Positions 33,682 through 41,809 of a DNA stretch of 49,997 bases are shown in pieces (the first letter of the stretch is position 1; each line of letters starts with the position of its first letter). The notes below the pieces were generated by a model that worked only from the letters and a program-made list of their open reading frames with translations, ran no database searches and was not told where the DNA came from. The translations under genes were made by a program, and so were the position numbers. This stretch comes from Minisyncoccota bacterium (GTDB lineage Bacteria > Patescibacteriota > Minisyncoccia > Phycocordibacterales > UBA9973), in contig DALYDX010000002.1 in assembly GCA_031972835.1 (NCBI GenBank), forward strand, positions 1 through 49,997, written 5' to 3'.

Positions 33682-33931
33682 GTACTAAATACAGCACATG
33701 CCATATAACGTAGGAATTTTCAGGTTCTACGCGCTGGCCATTCAGCTGTTGTTCATTTTTAAAGGGGTAAGGCGTTGCACTTATTGCTACAGCCGAAACC
33801 CATTGCGCCGGATACTACACTCGATGCAAAGAACAACATCTGGTTGAGTTCCATCGATTTAACCTGAATAGACAGCGATTCCCCGTACATAGCCCTCTGT
33901 AAAAAGAGACATTGTGTACGGGGATTTTTTT
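33682..33931 (+). ncRNA. candidate transcript of about 250 nt: structured ncRNA or mRNA for a 49-aa membrane peptide (33698-33847)
   Basis: Bounded by a consensus promoter and a strong terminator (CCCCGTACA...TGTACGGGG followed by a T-run). It is locally GC-rich. It has a long-range TGTTGTTC/GAACAACA pairing. The ORF reads MPYNVGIFRFYALAIQLLFIFKGVRRCTYCYSRNPLRRILHSMQRTTSG. Confidence 0.45.
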
Positions 33932-33933
33932 AT

Positions 33934-33962
33934 TTGACATACAACAAGGTAGTCGCTATAGT
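33934..33962 (+). promoter_or_regulatory. promoter TTGACA-17-TATAGT
   Basis: Lies immediately after the preceding terminator and upstream of the gene at 33985. Confidence 0.65.
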
Positions 33963-33984
33963 TTAATTAAACAAATAGTATCTT

Positions 33985-34554
33985 ATGGGAAGACGAACAT
34001 TATCCCCGGAGTTTTTTCAAAAAAGAAACTACGAAGATTTATTGATGTATTTGACAGAGTCCATCCATACTCAGGATGAAAAAGATCAGGTTATAGAATA
34101 TCTAAGTATGAATTTCAAAAAAGATAACAATCTGCTTGATCCTCTAAATCTTGTTCCAAGTCCGCATGAATCAATCAATAATTTTGGCTGGCCAGAGAGA
34201 TATGGTTCTAAAACAAAATTGATGGATATAATTCAAGATTTAGTTTCTGGACAATTGGACAAGGAAGATAACGTACAGGTCTATAATTTCTTTTACAGGA
34301 ACTTTAAAACATCAACTGAAATTTTAGATGATATTTATACCAAAATAGAATCTTCGTTGCTTCCTAAAGATGAGGAAGATAAGAAAAAATTTGCAGTATT
34401 AATGGCTTTGTCGCTTGCGCAGAAGCTTACAAATGCTGTTCAAGAAGGAACAATGAATTCAGATTTGAATATCAAGTTTTTATCTAATCAAATATTAGAT
34501 GAATTTATTGAATTTGAAAAAATTAGACAAAGGTTAAGATCAAAAATAAAATAG
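33985..34554 (+). CDS. hypothetical protein (189 aa) with an internal duplication
   Basis: TQDEKDQVIEYLSMNFKKDNNLLD resembles LDKEDNVQVYNFFYRNFKTSTEILD. Confidence 0.5.
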   Translation: MGRRTLSPEFFQKRNYEDLLMYLTESIHTQDEKDQVIEYLSMNFKKDNNLLDPLNLVPSPHESINNFGWPERYGSKTKLMDIIQDLVSGQLDKEDNVQVYNFFYRNFKTSTEILDDIYTKIESSLLPKDEEDKKKFAVLMALSLAQKLTNAVQEGTMNSDLNIKFLSNQILDEFIEFEKIRQRLRSKIK

Positions 34555-34581
34555 AAAAACACCTCAGGATTGAGGTGTTTT
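34555..34581 (+). terminator. intrinsic terminator
   Basis: AAACACCTCA-ggat-TGAGGTGTTT followed by a T-run. Confidence 0.75.
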
Positions 34582-34588
34582 ATTTTTG

Positions 34589-34679
34589 TGCCCAGGGAGA
34601 CTCGGTCATAGATAATTTTCTGCTGAAAATTTATACGACCCTGCCTCGCATCGGCATGCTTCGGCTTTCGAATCTCTCC
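34589..34679 (+). repeat. duplicated tRNA-Leu(CAA) 3'-end fragment fused to a hairpin-family module (U4)
   Basis: TGCCCAGGGAGACTCG repeats the tRNA 3' end found at 34722-34739. It is followed by AATTTTC-tgct-GAAAATT and TGCC-tcgcatc-GGCA, the family P2 and P3 layout. Confidence 0.5.
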
Positions 34680-34681
34680 AA

Positions 34682-34721
34682 CAATAACAAAAAACAACCT
34701 GAAGGTTGATTTTTGTTATTG
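34682..34721 (-). terminator. long hairpin immediately 3' of tRNA-Leu(CAA)
   Basis: CAATAACAAAAAACAACC-tgaa-GGTTGATTTTTGTTATTG. Confidence 0.6.
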
Positions 34722-34804
34722 TGCCCAGGGAGAGACTCGAACTCTCACAATGTTGCCATCGAGGGATTTTGAGTCCCTTGCGTCTACCATTCCGCCACCT
34801 GGGC
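34722..34804 (-). tRNA. tRNA-Leu (anticodon CAA)
   Basis: Acceptor GCCCAGG/CCTGGGC, anticodon loop CTCAAAA, long variable arm, T-arm GAGAG-TTCGAGT-CTCTC. Confidence 0.92.
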
Positions 34805-34858
34805 AATTTCAAAAATATACTTCGTATTTTTGATATGTCTCACAATCACTGCCCAGGT

Positions 34859-34931
34859 GTCGGCCTCCTCGTTTCACTCGGATATAAAGCAAAGCAGTTT
34901 GCTTTATATCCACCTGGGCAGGTGTGTCTTA
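34859..34931. repeat. nested hairpin whose outer stem copies the tRNA-Leu(CAA) 5' end
   Basis: The outer stem is CTGCCCAGGTG with CACCTGGGCAG. The inner stem is GGATATAAAGCAAA-gcag-TTTGCTTTATATCC. Confidence 0.6.
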
Positions 34932-34982
34932 CTTTATATCACATTTTACTAACATAATATAGATTGTTTAAGACAGCAACTT

Positions 34983-34991
34983 TGTTACAAT
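34983..34991 (+). promoter_or_regulatory. extended -10 (TGT TACAAT) ending 7 nt before the ATG at 34999; leaderless architecture
   Basis: The sequence reads tgtTACAATgttgattATG. The track start at 34990 lies inside the -10 box. Confidence 0.45.
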
Positions 34992-34998
34992 GTTGATT

Positions 34999-36024
34999 AT
35001 GCAAGGACGATTTGAGAATTCTATATTTTTTGTAGATGTAGATAAAATACAACCGAACCCATATCAACCACGACGAGAGTTCGAAGAAGGTCCATTACAA
35101 GATCTTTCTTCTTCAATTCGTCAGTACGGAGTGCTGCAACCGCTTGTAGTCTCTCGTGTAGAGAATATAACCGAGGATGGCGGTATGGTCACATACTATG
35201 AGCTCATAGCTGGTGAGCGACGTCTGCGCGCTTCGAAGCTTGCGGGTTTGCCACAAGTTCCAGTAATAATCCGTACAGGAGATGACTCGATGGCAAAGCT
35301 TGAGCTTGCGATAATTGAGAACCTACAACGTGAAGATTTGAACGCTGTAGATCGAGCGCGGGCATTCTTGAAACTTCAAGATGAATTCAAATTTACTCAT
35401 GCACAAATCGGTACGAAAGTTGGCAAGAGTCGTGAATATGTTTCAAACACAATGCGCCTACTCGCACTTCCGCAAGAGATGTTGGACGCACTTTCTGGTG
35501 GGAAAATCACAGAAGGTCATACTCGCGCACTGCTCATGCTCTCAGATAGGGGTGAAGAGCAGATGGTTTTGTTCAAAGAAATTTTATACAAAAAAATCAA
35601 TGTTCGTGATGCAGAAAAATATGCTCGTAGAATCGCTGTAGATAGAATCCGTAACAAAGAGTACATACCTGATCCAGACATAATAGAAATGGAGTCTAAA
35701 CTTACTGATGCACTAGGAACACGTGTACATATAGAGAGAAAAGAAAATGGTGGTTCTATAACCATAGACTTCTTTACAAATGATGACCTGGCAACGATCC
35801 TATCATTAATCAAAGATAGAGAAGGGGAGATCAAGCCGACAATGCTCGATAACTTTATCGCCCAAAATGAAGTCGTAGAAAATATTGAAAATACAGATAC
35901 TGTAACAATACTCCCGGGTTTTATAGAAAAGATAGAAGCAGAGATTAATGAAGCGGAAGTAGAAGCTGAGAAGGAAAAAGAAGATGATTCTGATTTGTAT
36001 AATATTCAGAATTTCTCAATTTAA
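34999..36024 (+). CDS. parB: ParB/Spo0J-family partition protein
   Basis: Contains PNPYQPR, QPLVV, the IAGERRLRASKLAG box and an HTH segment. The C-terminus is acidic. There is no parA gene next to it. Confidence 0.9.
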   Translation: MQGRFENSIFFVDVDKIQPNPYQPRREFEEGPLQDLSSSIRQYGVLQPLVVSRVENITEDGGMVTYYELIAGERRLRASKLAGLPQVPVIIRTGDDSMAKLELAIIENLQREDLNAVDRARAFLKLQDEFKFTHAQIGTKVGKSREYVSNTMRLLALPQEMLDALSGGKITEGHTRALLMLSDRGEEQMVLFKEILYKKINVRDAEKYARRIAVDRIRNKEYIPDPDIIEMESKLTDALGTRVHIERKENGGSITIDFFTNDDLATILSLIKDREGEIKPTMLDNFIAQNEVVENIENTDTVTILPGFIEKIEAEINEAEVEAEKEKEDDSDLYNIQNFSI

Positions 36025-36077
36025 ATAAACTTTTGGTTGTCGTGGCTTCTACTATATTGCTTGTTGTTTAAAGTTTG

Positions 36078-36357
36078 GTTTCTAGAAAACCTTTCTTTTA
36101 TCCACGACTTTTAAAAAGCACACATAAAATCCTGCTGGATTTTTGCTCTGCTCGTGCCGCCGCACTACGCAAGGCTTTTTAGAAAGTGTGGATTTTATTA
36201 TTTATGAATTCTGAATTCAAAATACAAAGATCCCCACTATTTAAAAGACTAGTGAGCGCGACGGCGCGAAACTCGAGGAATTTTTCACCAGAAAAATATC
36301 CGTACTTTTAAATAGTGGGGATGAAAAAGATTTTTCTAGAAACTAGACTCTAGATAA
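36078..36357. repeat. about 280-bp composite element B: modules at 36101-36192 and 36230-36322; inverted copy of element A
   Basis: See element A. The terminal inverted repeat is GTTTCTAGAAAA / TTTTCTAGAAAC. It lies between the convergent 3' ends of parB and rel. Confidence 0.85.
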
Positions 36358-36385
36358 ACTATCTACAATATAGAAATTACATAAT

Positions 36386-37855
36386 TTATTTTCCCCCAAA
36401 AGAAAGGAATTTGGAGAGGAGACTGTTTTCACGTAAATACTTTTGAATTCTATGGCGAGCTAGAGTGGTCTTTGCATAATCGAGCCATTTACTAGAAGGA
36501 TTTATATCTTTCTTGGTCGTAACTTCTACTATGTCCCCACTACGTAGCTTTGTGCTAATCGATACGAATTTATTATTTATTTTCGCGCCAGCTATGTGGT
36601 CTCCAATGTCACTATGTATCGCATAAGCAAAGTCTATTGCACAAGAATCTTCAGGTAGATCTATAACATCTCCTTTTGGAGTGAATATAAATACTCTATC
36701 TTTGAAGAAATCACTTTTTAATGTATCGAGAAAATTATCAGTACCAGATATGGTTTCTTCGGCGACGCGGAGCTCTTCTACCCATGGATACTGTAGGGCA
36801 ATATTGTTTTTCTTTTTCTTGTTTAGATTTTCTTTGTATGCGAAATGAGCGGCGATACCGTATTCAGCCTGCTCATGCATGTCTTGTGTGCGGATTTGTA
36901 TTTCTACTACACCACCAGTTCCGGTGAAGATAGTGGTATGTATACTCTTGTAGCCGTTTGGTTTTGGAGTGGCAACGTAGTCTTTTATACGTCCAGGCAG
37001 AGGCTTCCAGAGGCCGTGGATTATACCTAAGACTTGGTAGCATTGTTCTACATTTTCTACAATCACACGTACTGCGATAATATCGTAGACTTTGTCGATA
37101 TCCATCTCGTATTTTTGCATTTTTTTGTATAGAGAATACAAGTGCTTTACTCTTTGTTCAACAGAAATATATTTCAAACCTTGCATCCTGAAACTTTTCT
37201 TTAGCGCACGCTCGACTTCTGTAAGATATTTTTCATTCACTTCTTTCTTTTCTCTGAGCAATTCTACAACTTGAGCGTATTCTTTTGGGTATGCATATGG
37301 GAATGCAGCATCCTCGAGTTCACCTTTGAGTTTACCCATACCGAGACGGTTTGCTAGTGGTGCATATATCTCAAGTGTTTCAAGTGCAATACGTTTCTGT
37401 TTGTCTGGTCGTACATGAGATAGGGTTTGAATATTGTGGAGTCTGTCTGCAAGCTTGATCACGATCACACGCAGGTCTTCTGCCATAGATACAAAGAATT
37501 TACGTAGATTCTCAACATTACGTTCAACTCCACGATACTTCAATTTTCCAAGTTTTGTAATTCCATGTACGAGGAACTGTATTTCTTTGCCAAAAACACT
37601 TTCTAGATTTTCCTCTGTTATCTCGGTATCCTCGACTGTGTCATGAAGTAGTCCTGAAGCCACTACAACGCTCGACATGCCGAGGTCAGCGAGGTTTATA
37701 GCAGTAGCATATACATGGTTGAAGTATGGTTCACCACTAGCGCGTTTCTGTGAGCTGTGAGCTTGTTCGGCAAATCCATATGCCTTTGTGACAAGGGCGA
37801 TATCTTTCTCGCTTGGAGAGCGCATGTGTTTTATGAGTTCTTTTACGCTTGGCAT
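36386..37855 (-). CDS. rel: bifunctional (p)ppGpp synthetase/hydrolase (RSH), no C-terminal ACT region
   Basis: HD hydrolase domain (HDTVEDT), synthetase domain (DYVATPKPNGYKSIHT) and a TGS domain. 489 aa. Confidence 0.92.
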   Translation of the reverse strand: MPSVKELIKHMRSPSEKDIALVTKAYGFAEQAHSSQKRASGEPYFNHVYATAINLADLGMSSVVVASGLLHDTVEDTEITEENLESVFGKEIQFLVHGITKLGKLKYRGVERNVENLRKFFVSMAEDLRVIVIKLADRLHNIQTLSHVRPDKQKRIALETLEIYAPLANRLGMGKLKGELEDAAFPYAYPKEYAQVVELLREKKEVNEKYLTEVERALKKSFRMQGLKYISVEQRVKHLYSLYKKMQKYEMDIDKVYDIIAVRVIVENVEQCYQVLGIIHGLWKPLPGRIKDYVATPKPNGYKSIHTTIFTGTGGVVEIQIRTQDMHEQAEYGIAAHFAYKENLNKKKKNNIALQYPWVEELRVAEETISGTDNFLDTLKSDFFKDRVFIFTPKGDVIDLPEDSCAIDFAYAIHSDIGDHIAGAKINNKFVSISTKLRSGDIVEVTTKKDINPSSKWLDYAKTTLARHRIQKYLRENSLLSKFLSFGGK

Positions 37856-37861
37856 ATATAA

Positions 37862-37912
37862 ACTATAGCCTATAAATATTTTTTTGACAAAAGTCGCTTT
37901 GGGTGGTAAATT
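37862..37912. promoter_or_regulatory. face-to-face divergent promoters sharing one -35 region
   Basis: The plus strand has TTGACA(37884-37889)-17-TAAATT. The minus strand has TTGTCA(37885-37890)-17-TATAGT(37862-37867), 6 nt before the rel ATG. Confidence 0.55.
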
Positions 37913-37929
37913 TTTTAAAATTGTTATTT

Positions 37930-38541
37930 ATGAATATATACATAGCCAGACATGGCGAAAATGAAGACAATGCAAAAGAAATATTGAACGGTCATCGTGA
38001 CCTACCTCTTACAGATAAAGGCTATGAACAAGCAAGGATTCTTGCGGGTAAAATAAAAGAAACCCGGATTAAGTTCGATGCGGTCTACTCATCTCCACTT
38101 GAACGAGCATATGAAACAGGGAGAGTCATAACAAGAGTATTGCGTTTGATGAATCCAGCAATCCACCCTCTGTTGATTGAAAGAGATTTTGGAGTCATGA
38201 CTGGACTTAAAGTTAGTCAAATTGAAGAAGTGTGCGGAAGTCGTATCATTAAAGCTGAGCATATTACATATTTTCTTGATCCACCTGAAGCTGAAACATT
38301 CCCGGATCTGATGAAGCGCGCAAGAGAATTATTGGATTTTTTAAACGAGACACATAGTGAAGATGAAAATATTTTGCTCACATGTCACGGAGATATCGGT
38401 AAAATGATATACGCAGAGTTCTATGGGCTCGACTGGAAAGATGTACTTGTAACTTTTCATTTCGGTAATTGCGACCTGCTTTTGGTTTCTAAAGATTCAC
38501 CAAAAGAAAATGCGCACGTATTTGAATTCAAGAATATTTAA
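37930..38541 (+). CDS. histidine phosphatase family protein (phosphoglycerate mutase-like)
   Basis: Contains the IYIARHGENEDN (RHG) motif and the second catalytic His in LTCHGD. The start is moved to the ATG downstream of the promoter. Confidence 0.75.
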   Translation: MNIYIARHGENEDNAKEILNGHRDLPLTDKGYEQARILAGKIKETRIKFDAVYSSPLERAYETGRVITRVLRLMNPAIHPLLIERDFGVMTGLKVSQIEEVCGSRIIKAEHITYFLDPPEAETFPDLMKRARELLDFLNETHSEDENILLTCHGDIGKMIYAEFYGLDWKDVLVTFHFGNCDLLLVSKDSPKENAHVFEFKNI

Positions 38542-38544
38542 CCA

Positions 38545-38570
38545 AAAAATCCCGCAATTGCAGGGTTTTA
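38545..38570 (+). terminator. intrinsic terminator
   Basis: AAAATCCCGC-aatt-GCAGGGTTTT. Confidence 0.65.
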
Positions 38571-38602
38571 AATTTTGTGTTATGATATGAAAAAGCAAAA
38601 AA

Positions 38603-38974
38603 ATGAAATCAACCAACACAATGTATATATTTAGGAATCAAAAAGGAGTTCTAGTATATATTTTTTCTGAAGATGAGAATGGATTGAAAAGATCATCATC
38701 TGAATTTGGGGATTATTACGATAATAATTCTAGAAAATTTTCTCCCATTACTAAAATTGAACATATTTCAACCGATAGAATGGCTAGGTATGATTTTGCT
38801 GCACGATTTCGTACATTTGAAAATATAAAGCAATATCAGCAAGATCTGACACCAATATCAAAAGAAGAAGTTTTGGAGGTTTATAGGAAAATAAAACTAT
38901 ATCCTCTCTTGAGAGGACTTGCAGAAACATGGCTTGATATAAAAATAGGAGCGAAAGATGGATTTACTTGTTAA
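38603..38974 (+). CDS. hypothetical protein (123 aa)
   Basis: ORF followed by a terminator. Confidence 0.45.
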   Translation: MKSTNTMYIFRNQKGVLVYIFSEDENGLKRSSSEFGDYYDNNSRKFSPITKIEHISTDRMARYDFAARFRTFENIKQYQQDLTPISKEEVLEVYRKIKLYPLLRGLAETWLDIKIGAKDGFTC

Positions 38975-39003
38975 AAAATTCCCGCAAATTGTGCGGGAAT
39001 TTA
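38974..39003 (+). terminator. intrinsic terminator
   Basis: AAATTCCCGCA-aatt-GTGCGGGAATTT followed by a T-run. Confidence 0.75.
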
Positions 39004-39075
39004 TTTTGTTTTATTTAATTTATCTGGACGATGGTTTAGCTCCACCTGCGCCTAGGCTTCGGCGAGACGAAGCAT

Positions 39076-41298
39076 TTATTTTTTCTCGAGTTTATGGGGA
39101 TTGTGATTTGGACAAGATTTATTACTACATCTCTCTGGTATGGTTTTGGTGCCTTCCATCATAAGGCTTCCGCACATGTCACAGATGCGTCCTGTTGGTT
39201 TTGCTTTGATCGCATTTTTACAATCTGGATAATTTGAACAAGAATAAAATATTCCAAATCTTCCTTTGCGTTCCATCATCTCACCTTTTTTGCATACTGG
39301 GCATTCTACACCAGTCATCTTTTTCTTGCGCTCCTCTTCATCTTCTTTTATGAACTTACATTTTGGATAACGTGAACAGGAGATAAACATTCCAAATCGT
39401 CCTTCGCGGATTACAAGCTTGCCACCACCAGACTTTGTAAGTTCTTTCGGTTTTCCATCTTTATCTACGCCACAGAGTGGGCACGGTTCGCCAATTTCTT
39501 TCGGTCCTTCCATGATCTTACCTTCGATAGTTCGGCCGCCCATACAGTTTGGAAAGTCGCTACAAGATAGGAACTTGCCATTTTTGCCTAACTTGATATA
39601 CATTTCTTTTCCACACACAGGACAAGGGAACTCCTTTGGTCCGTCACCAAGATTTGTGATCTTATCGATCTTGTCTTTTGCTTTTACATCTTTTGTAAAT
39701 GGTCCATAGAAATCTTTTAGGGTTTTTACGTATTCACGTTCTCCGTTTGCGATTTCGTCGAGCTTGTCTTCCATGTCTGCAGTAAATGTATCTGAGATGT
39801 AGTCCATAAAGTTTGCTTCAAGAAAACTTGAAACCACGTCGCCTGTGTCAGTAGGGAAAAGTGTGCGACCTTCTTTGGTGACATATCCGCGTTCCTCGAT
39901 AGTGCGCATGATAGATGCGTATGTAGATGGTCGTCCGATACCACGAGCTTCGAGTTCTTTCACAAGACCAGCTTCAGTATATCTAGATGGGGGTTGTGTT
40001 TCTTTTTCTGTGCTACGCAGATCGACAAGTGCGAGTGTCTCTCCGATAGAAACTTTTGGTAGTTCCACATCTTCTCCACGGGCATCTGTGTCTACAGTGA
40101 GCCAGCCAGGAGAAATAACTCGTGATCCGTTTGCGGTAAAATCTGGGATATCACTATCTATGTTTGCAGTAATCTTTGTGCGTAGAACTTTCGCATCTAC
40201 CATCTGTGATGAAACTGCTCTCTCCCAGATCAGACGATAAAGTTTTTGCTGTTCCTCGTTTGAACCTTCACGGATATTTTCAACATGAGTTGGACGGATA
40301 GCTTCGTGAGCTTCCTGAGCATTTTTGGATTTTGTTTTATATGTATGAGCTTCAGCGTATTCTTTGCCGTATTTTTTTACGATAAGTGCAAGTATTTGAT
40401 CTTGAGCTTGCTTACTCAAGTTGGTTGAATCCGTACGCATATACGATATGTGTCCAGCTTCATAAAGTTTCTGTGCGACTTGCATAGTGCGAGATGGTGA
40501 AAATCCAAGTCTAGTTGAGGCGACTTGTTGGAGTGTTGAAGTAGTGAAAGGTGCACGAGCAGATCTTTTTTGTTCGGTTTCTTTTACATCTATAACTTTC
40601 CATGTTCCTTTTTTACCTTCTGTAAGAATTTTCTCTACGATTTTTTCGTCACGAGGTTCTTCTGTGCAAGACAGAGTTAGGGCGTCTTTTTTTGTAGTTT
40701 TAAAATCTCCATCTATGACCCAGAATTTCTCGGGTATAAATGCACGAATCTCACGTTCACGTTCCATGATAATACGAAGCGCAGGGGACTGTACTCTTCC
40801 AGCTGAAAGTCCATAACGGACTTTTTTCCAGATTAGTCCTGATAGATCATATCCAACGAGGCGGTCCAGTACTCGTCGTGCTTCCTGAGCTTTTACGAGT
40901 TTGTCGTCTATGTCGCGAGGGTGTTTGAGTGCCTCCTCGATTGCTTCTTTTGTGATTTCGTTGAATGCAACGCGCTTGATACCACTTTTAACTTTTTTGT
41001 CAGCATCTAGAATTTGTTTGATATGCCAAGATATCGCCTCGCCTTCGCGGTCCGGGTCAGTTGCGAGTACTATAGAATCTGCCTTGCGAGCGAGAGCCTG
41101 AAGTTCATTTATAACTTTTTCTTTGCCAATAGAATTTTCATAATGGGGAACAAACCCCGCTTCTATATCTATTGCTTTTTTGTTTGATTTTGGAAGATCA
41201 CGAATATGTCCGACAGATGCACGCACGGTAAAAGCACCATCAAGATATTTCTCGATTGTTTTTGCTTTTGATGGGGATTCTACAATTAGAAGTTTCAT
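39076..41298 (-). CDS. topA: DNA topoisomerase I with four C-terminal zinc ribbons
   Basis: Toprim domain (LLIVESPSKAKTIEKYL), the active-site Tyr in HISYMRTDS, and repeated CPxCG...CS..P.C zinc fingers. Confidence 0.96.
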   Translation of the reverse strand: MKLLIVESPSKAKTIEKYLDGAFTVRASVGHIRDLPKSNKKAIDIEAGFVPHYENSIGKEKVINELQALARKADSIVLATDPDREGEAISWHIKQILDADKKVKSGIKRVAFNEITKEAIEEALKHPRDIDDKLVKAQEARRVLDRLVGYDLSGLIWKKVRYGLSAGRVQSPALRIIMEREREIRAFIPEKFWVIDGDFKTTKKDALTLSCTEEPRDEKIVEKILTEGKKGTWKVIDVKETEQKRSARAPFTTSTLQQVASTRLGFSPSRTMQVAQKLYEAGHISYMRTDSTNLSKQAQDQILALIVKKYGKEYAEAHTYKTKSKNAQEAHEAIRPTHVENIREGSNEEQQKLYRLIWERAVSSQMVDAKVLRTKITANIDSDIPDFTANGSRVISPGWLTVDTDARGEDVELPKVSIGETLALVDLRSTEKETQPPSRYTEAGLVKELEARGIGRPSTYASIMRTIEERGYVTKEGRTLFPTDTGDVVSSFLEANFMDYISDTFTADMEDKLDEIANGEREYVKTLKDFYGPFTKDVKAKDKIDKITNLGDGPKEFPCPVCGKEMYIKLGKNGKFLSCSDFPNCMGGRTIEGKIMEGPKEIGEPCPLCGVDKDGKPKELTKSGGGKLVIREGRFGMFISCSRYPKCKFIKEDEEERKKKMTGVECPVCKKGEMMERKGRFGIFYSCSNYPDCKNAIKAKPTGRICDMCGSLMMEGTKTIPERCSNKSCPNHNPHKLEKK

Positions 41299-41396
41299 AT
41301 ATTTATTGCTTATATATTAAACACATATAAGCATGTTGCTAAATTAGTACCACGCTTCAATTTTTTTAGCAAATATTATACCTTGAATAAAAAAAT

Positions 41397-41421
41397 AAAA
41401 AGCAGGAATAATTCCTGCTTT
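41397..41421 (-). terminator. intrinsic terminator after the 41428..41730 gene
   Basis: AAAGCAGGAAT-aa-TTCCTGCTTT. Confidence 0.7.
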
Positions 41422-41427
41422 AAAATA

Positions 41428-41730
41428 TTATGTTACACCGTACCAGTGTTTTCCTTCCACAATCATTTTTAACGTTTCATCGGATATTTCTATGTTTCCA
41501 ATTATTCCGTTTTCAGTAATATCTAATGCTCCTTCGACAATAACATGCTCATTTGAATCAAGTACTGGATCAAGGTACTCTGCACTAAAAATTATGCGGA
41601 TAGGCTTTGCTTTTATAATTTTTTTGAAAGTAACATTTTTTAAAGTAATAACCCTTGTGAGGTTTTCCTTTAACTTATCTTTTATTTCTACGTTTAAAGA
41701 TTTTAACGCAAGGATTTGTATTTTTTCCAT
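41428..41730 (-). CDS. hypothetical protein (100 aa)
   Basis: ORF with its own TTGACA-17-TAATGT promoter and a terminator. Confidence 0.45.
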   Translation of the reverse strand: MEKIQILALKSLNVEIKDKLKENLTRVITLKNVTFKKIIKAKPIRIIFSAEYLDPVLDSNEHVIVEGALDITENGIIGNIEISDETLKMIVEGKHWYGVT

Positions 41731-41809
41731 GTTAAATTTATTTGTTTTTACATTACAGGTACTTTATGAATTTGTCAAACAAAAATCACACATATTGTGT
41801 GATTTAAAA

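Noticed and set aside
5000-36192. DnaA-box-like sequences (TTATCCACG, TTATCCACC, AATCCACA) inside the module stems, with parB and gyrA nearby, considered as a replication origin.
   Set aside because: The boxes are part of the repeat stems and only approximate the consensus. There is no dnaA or dnaN gene in the window and no AT-rich unwinding element next to them. I cannot compute GC skew here.
4836-36357. The hairpin repeats considered as a CRISPR array.
   Set aside because: The repeats are not regularly spaced around unique spacers, and the units are about 92 nt with internal structure. Copies are kilobases apart, and no cas genes are in the window.
36421-36440. parS-like sequence TGTTTTCACGTAAATA near parB.
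   Set aside because: It has an extra base and a poor second half-site compared with TGTTTCACGTGAAACA. It lies inside the rel coding region and is probably a chance match.
38958-39164. 68-aa ORF between the 38603 gene and topA. It includes a GC-rich GCTTCG-gcgaga-CGAAGC hairpin at about 39054-39071.
   Set aside because: The ORF spans a terminator and overlaps the topA 3' end. The hairpin is probably just part of the topA or convergent termination region. Evidence is too thin to link it to the repeat family.
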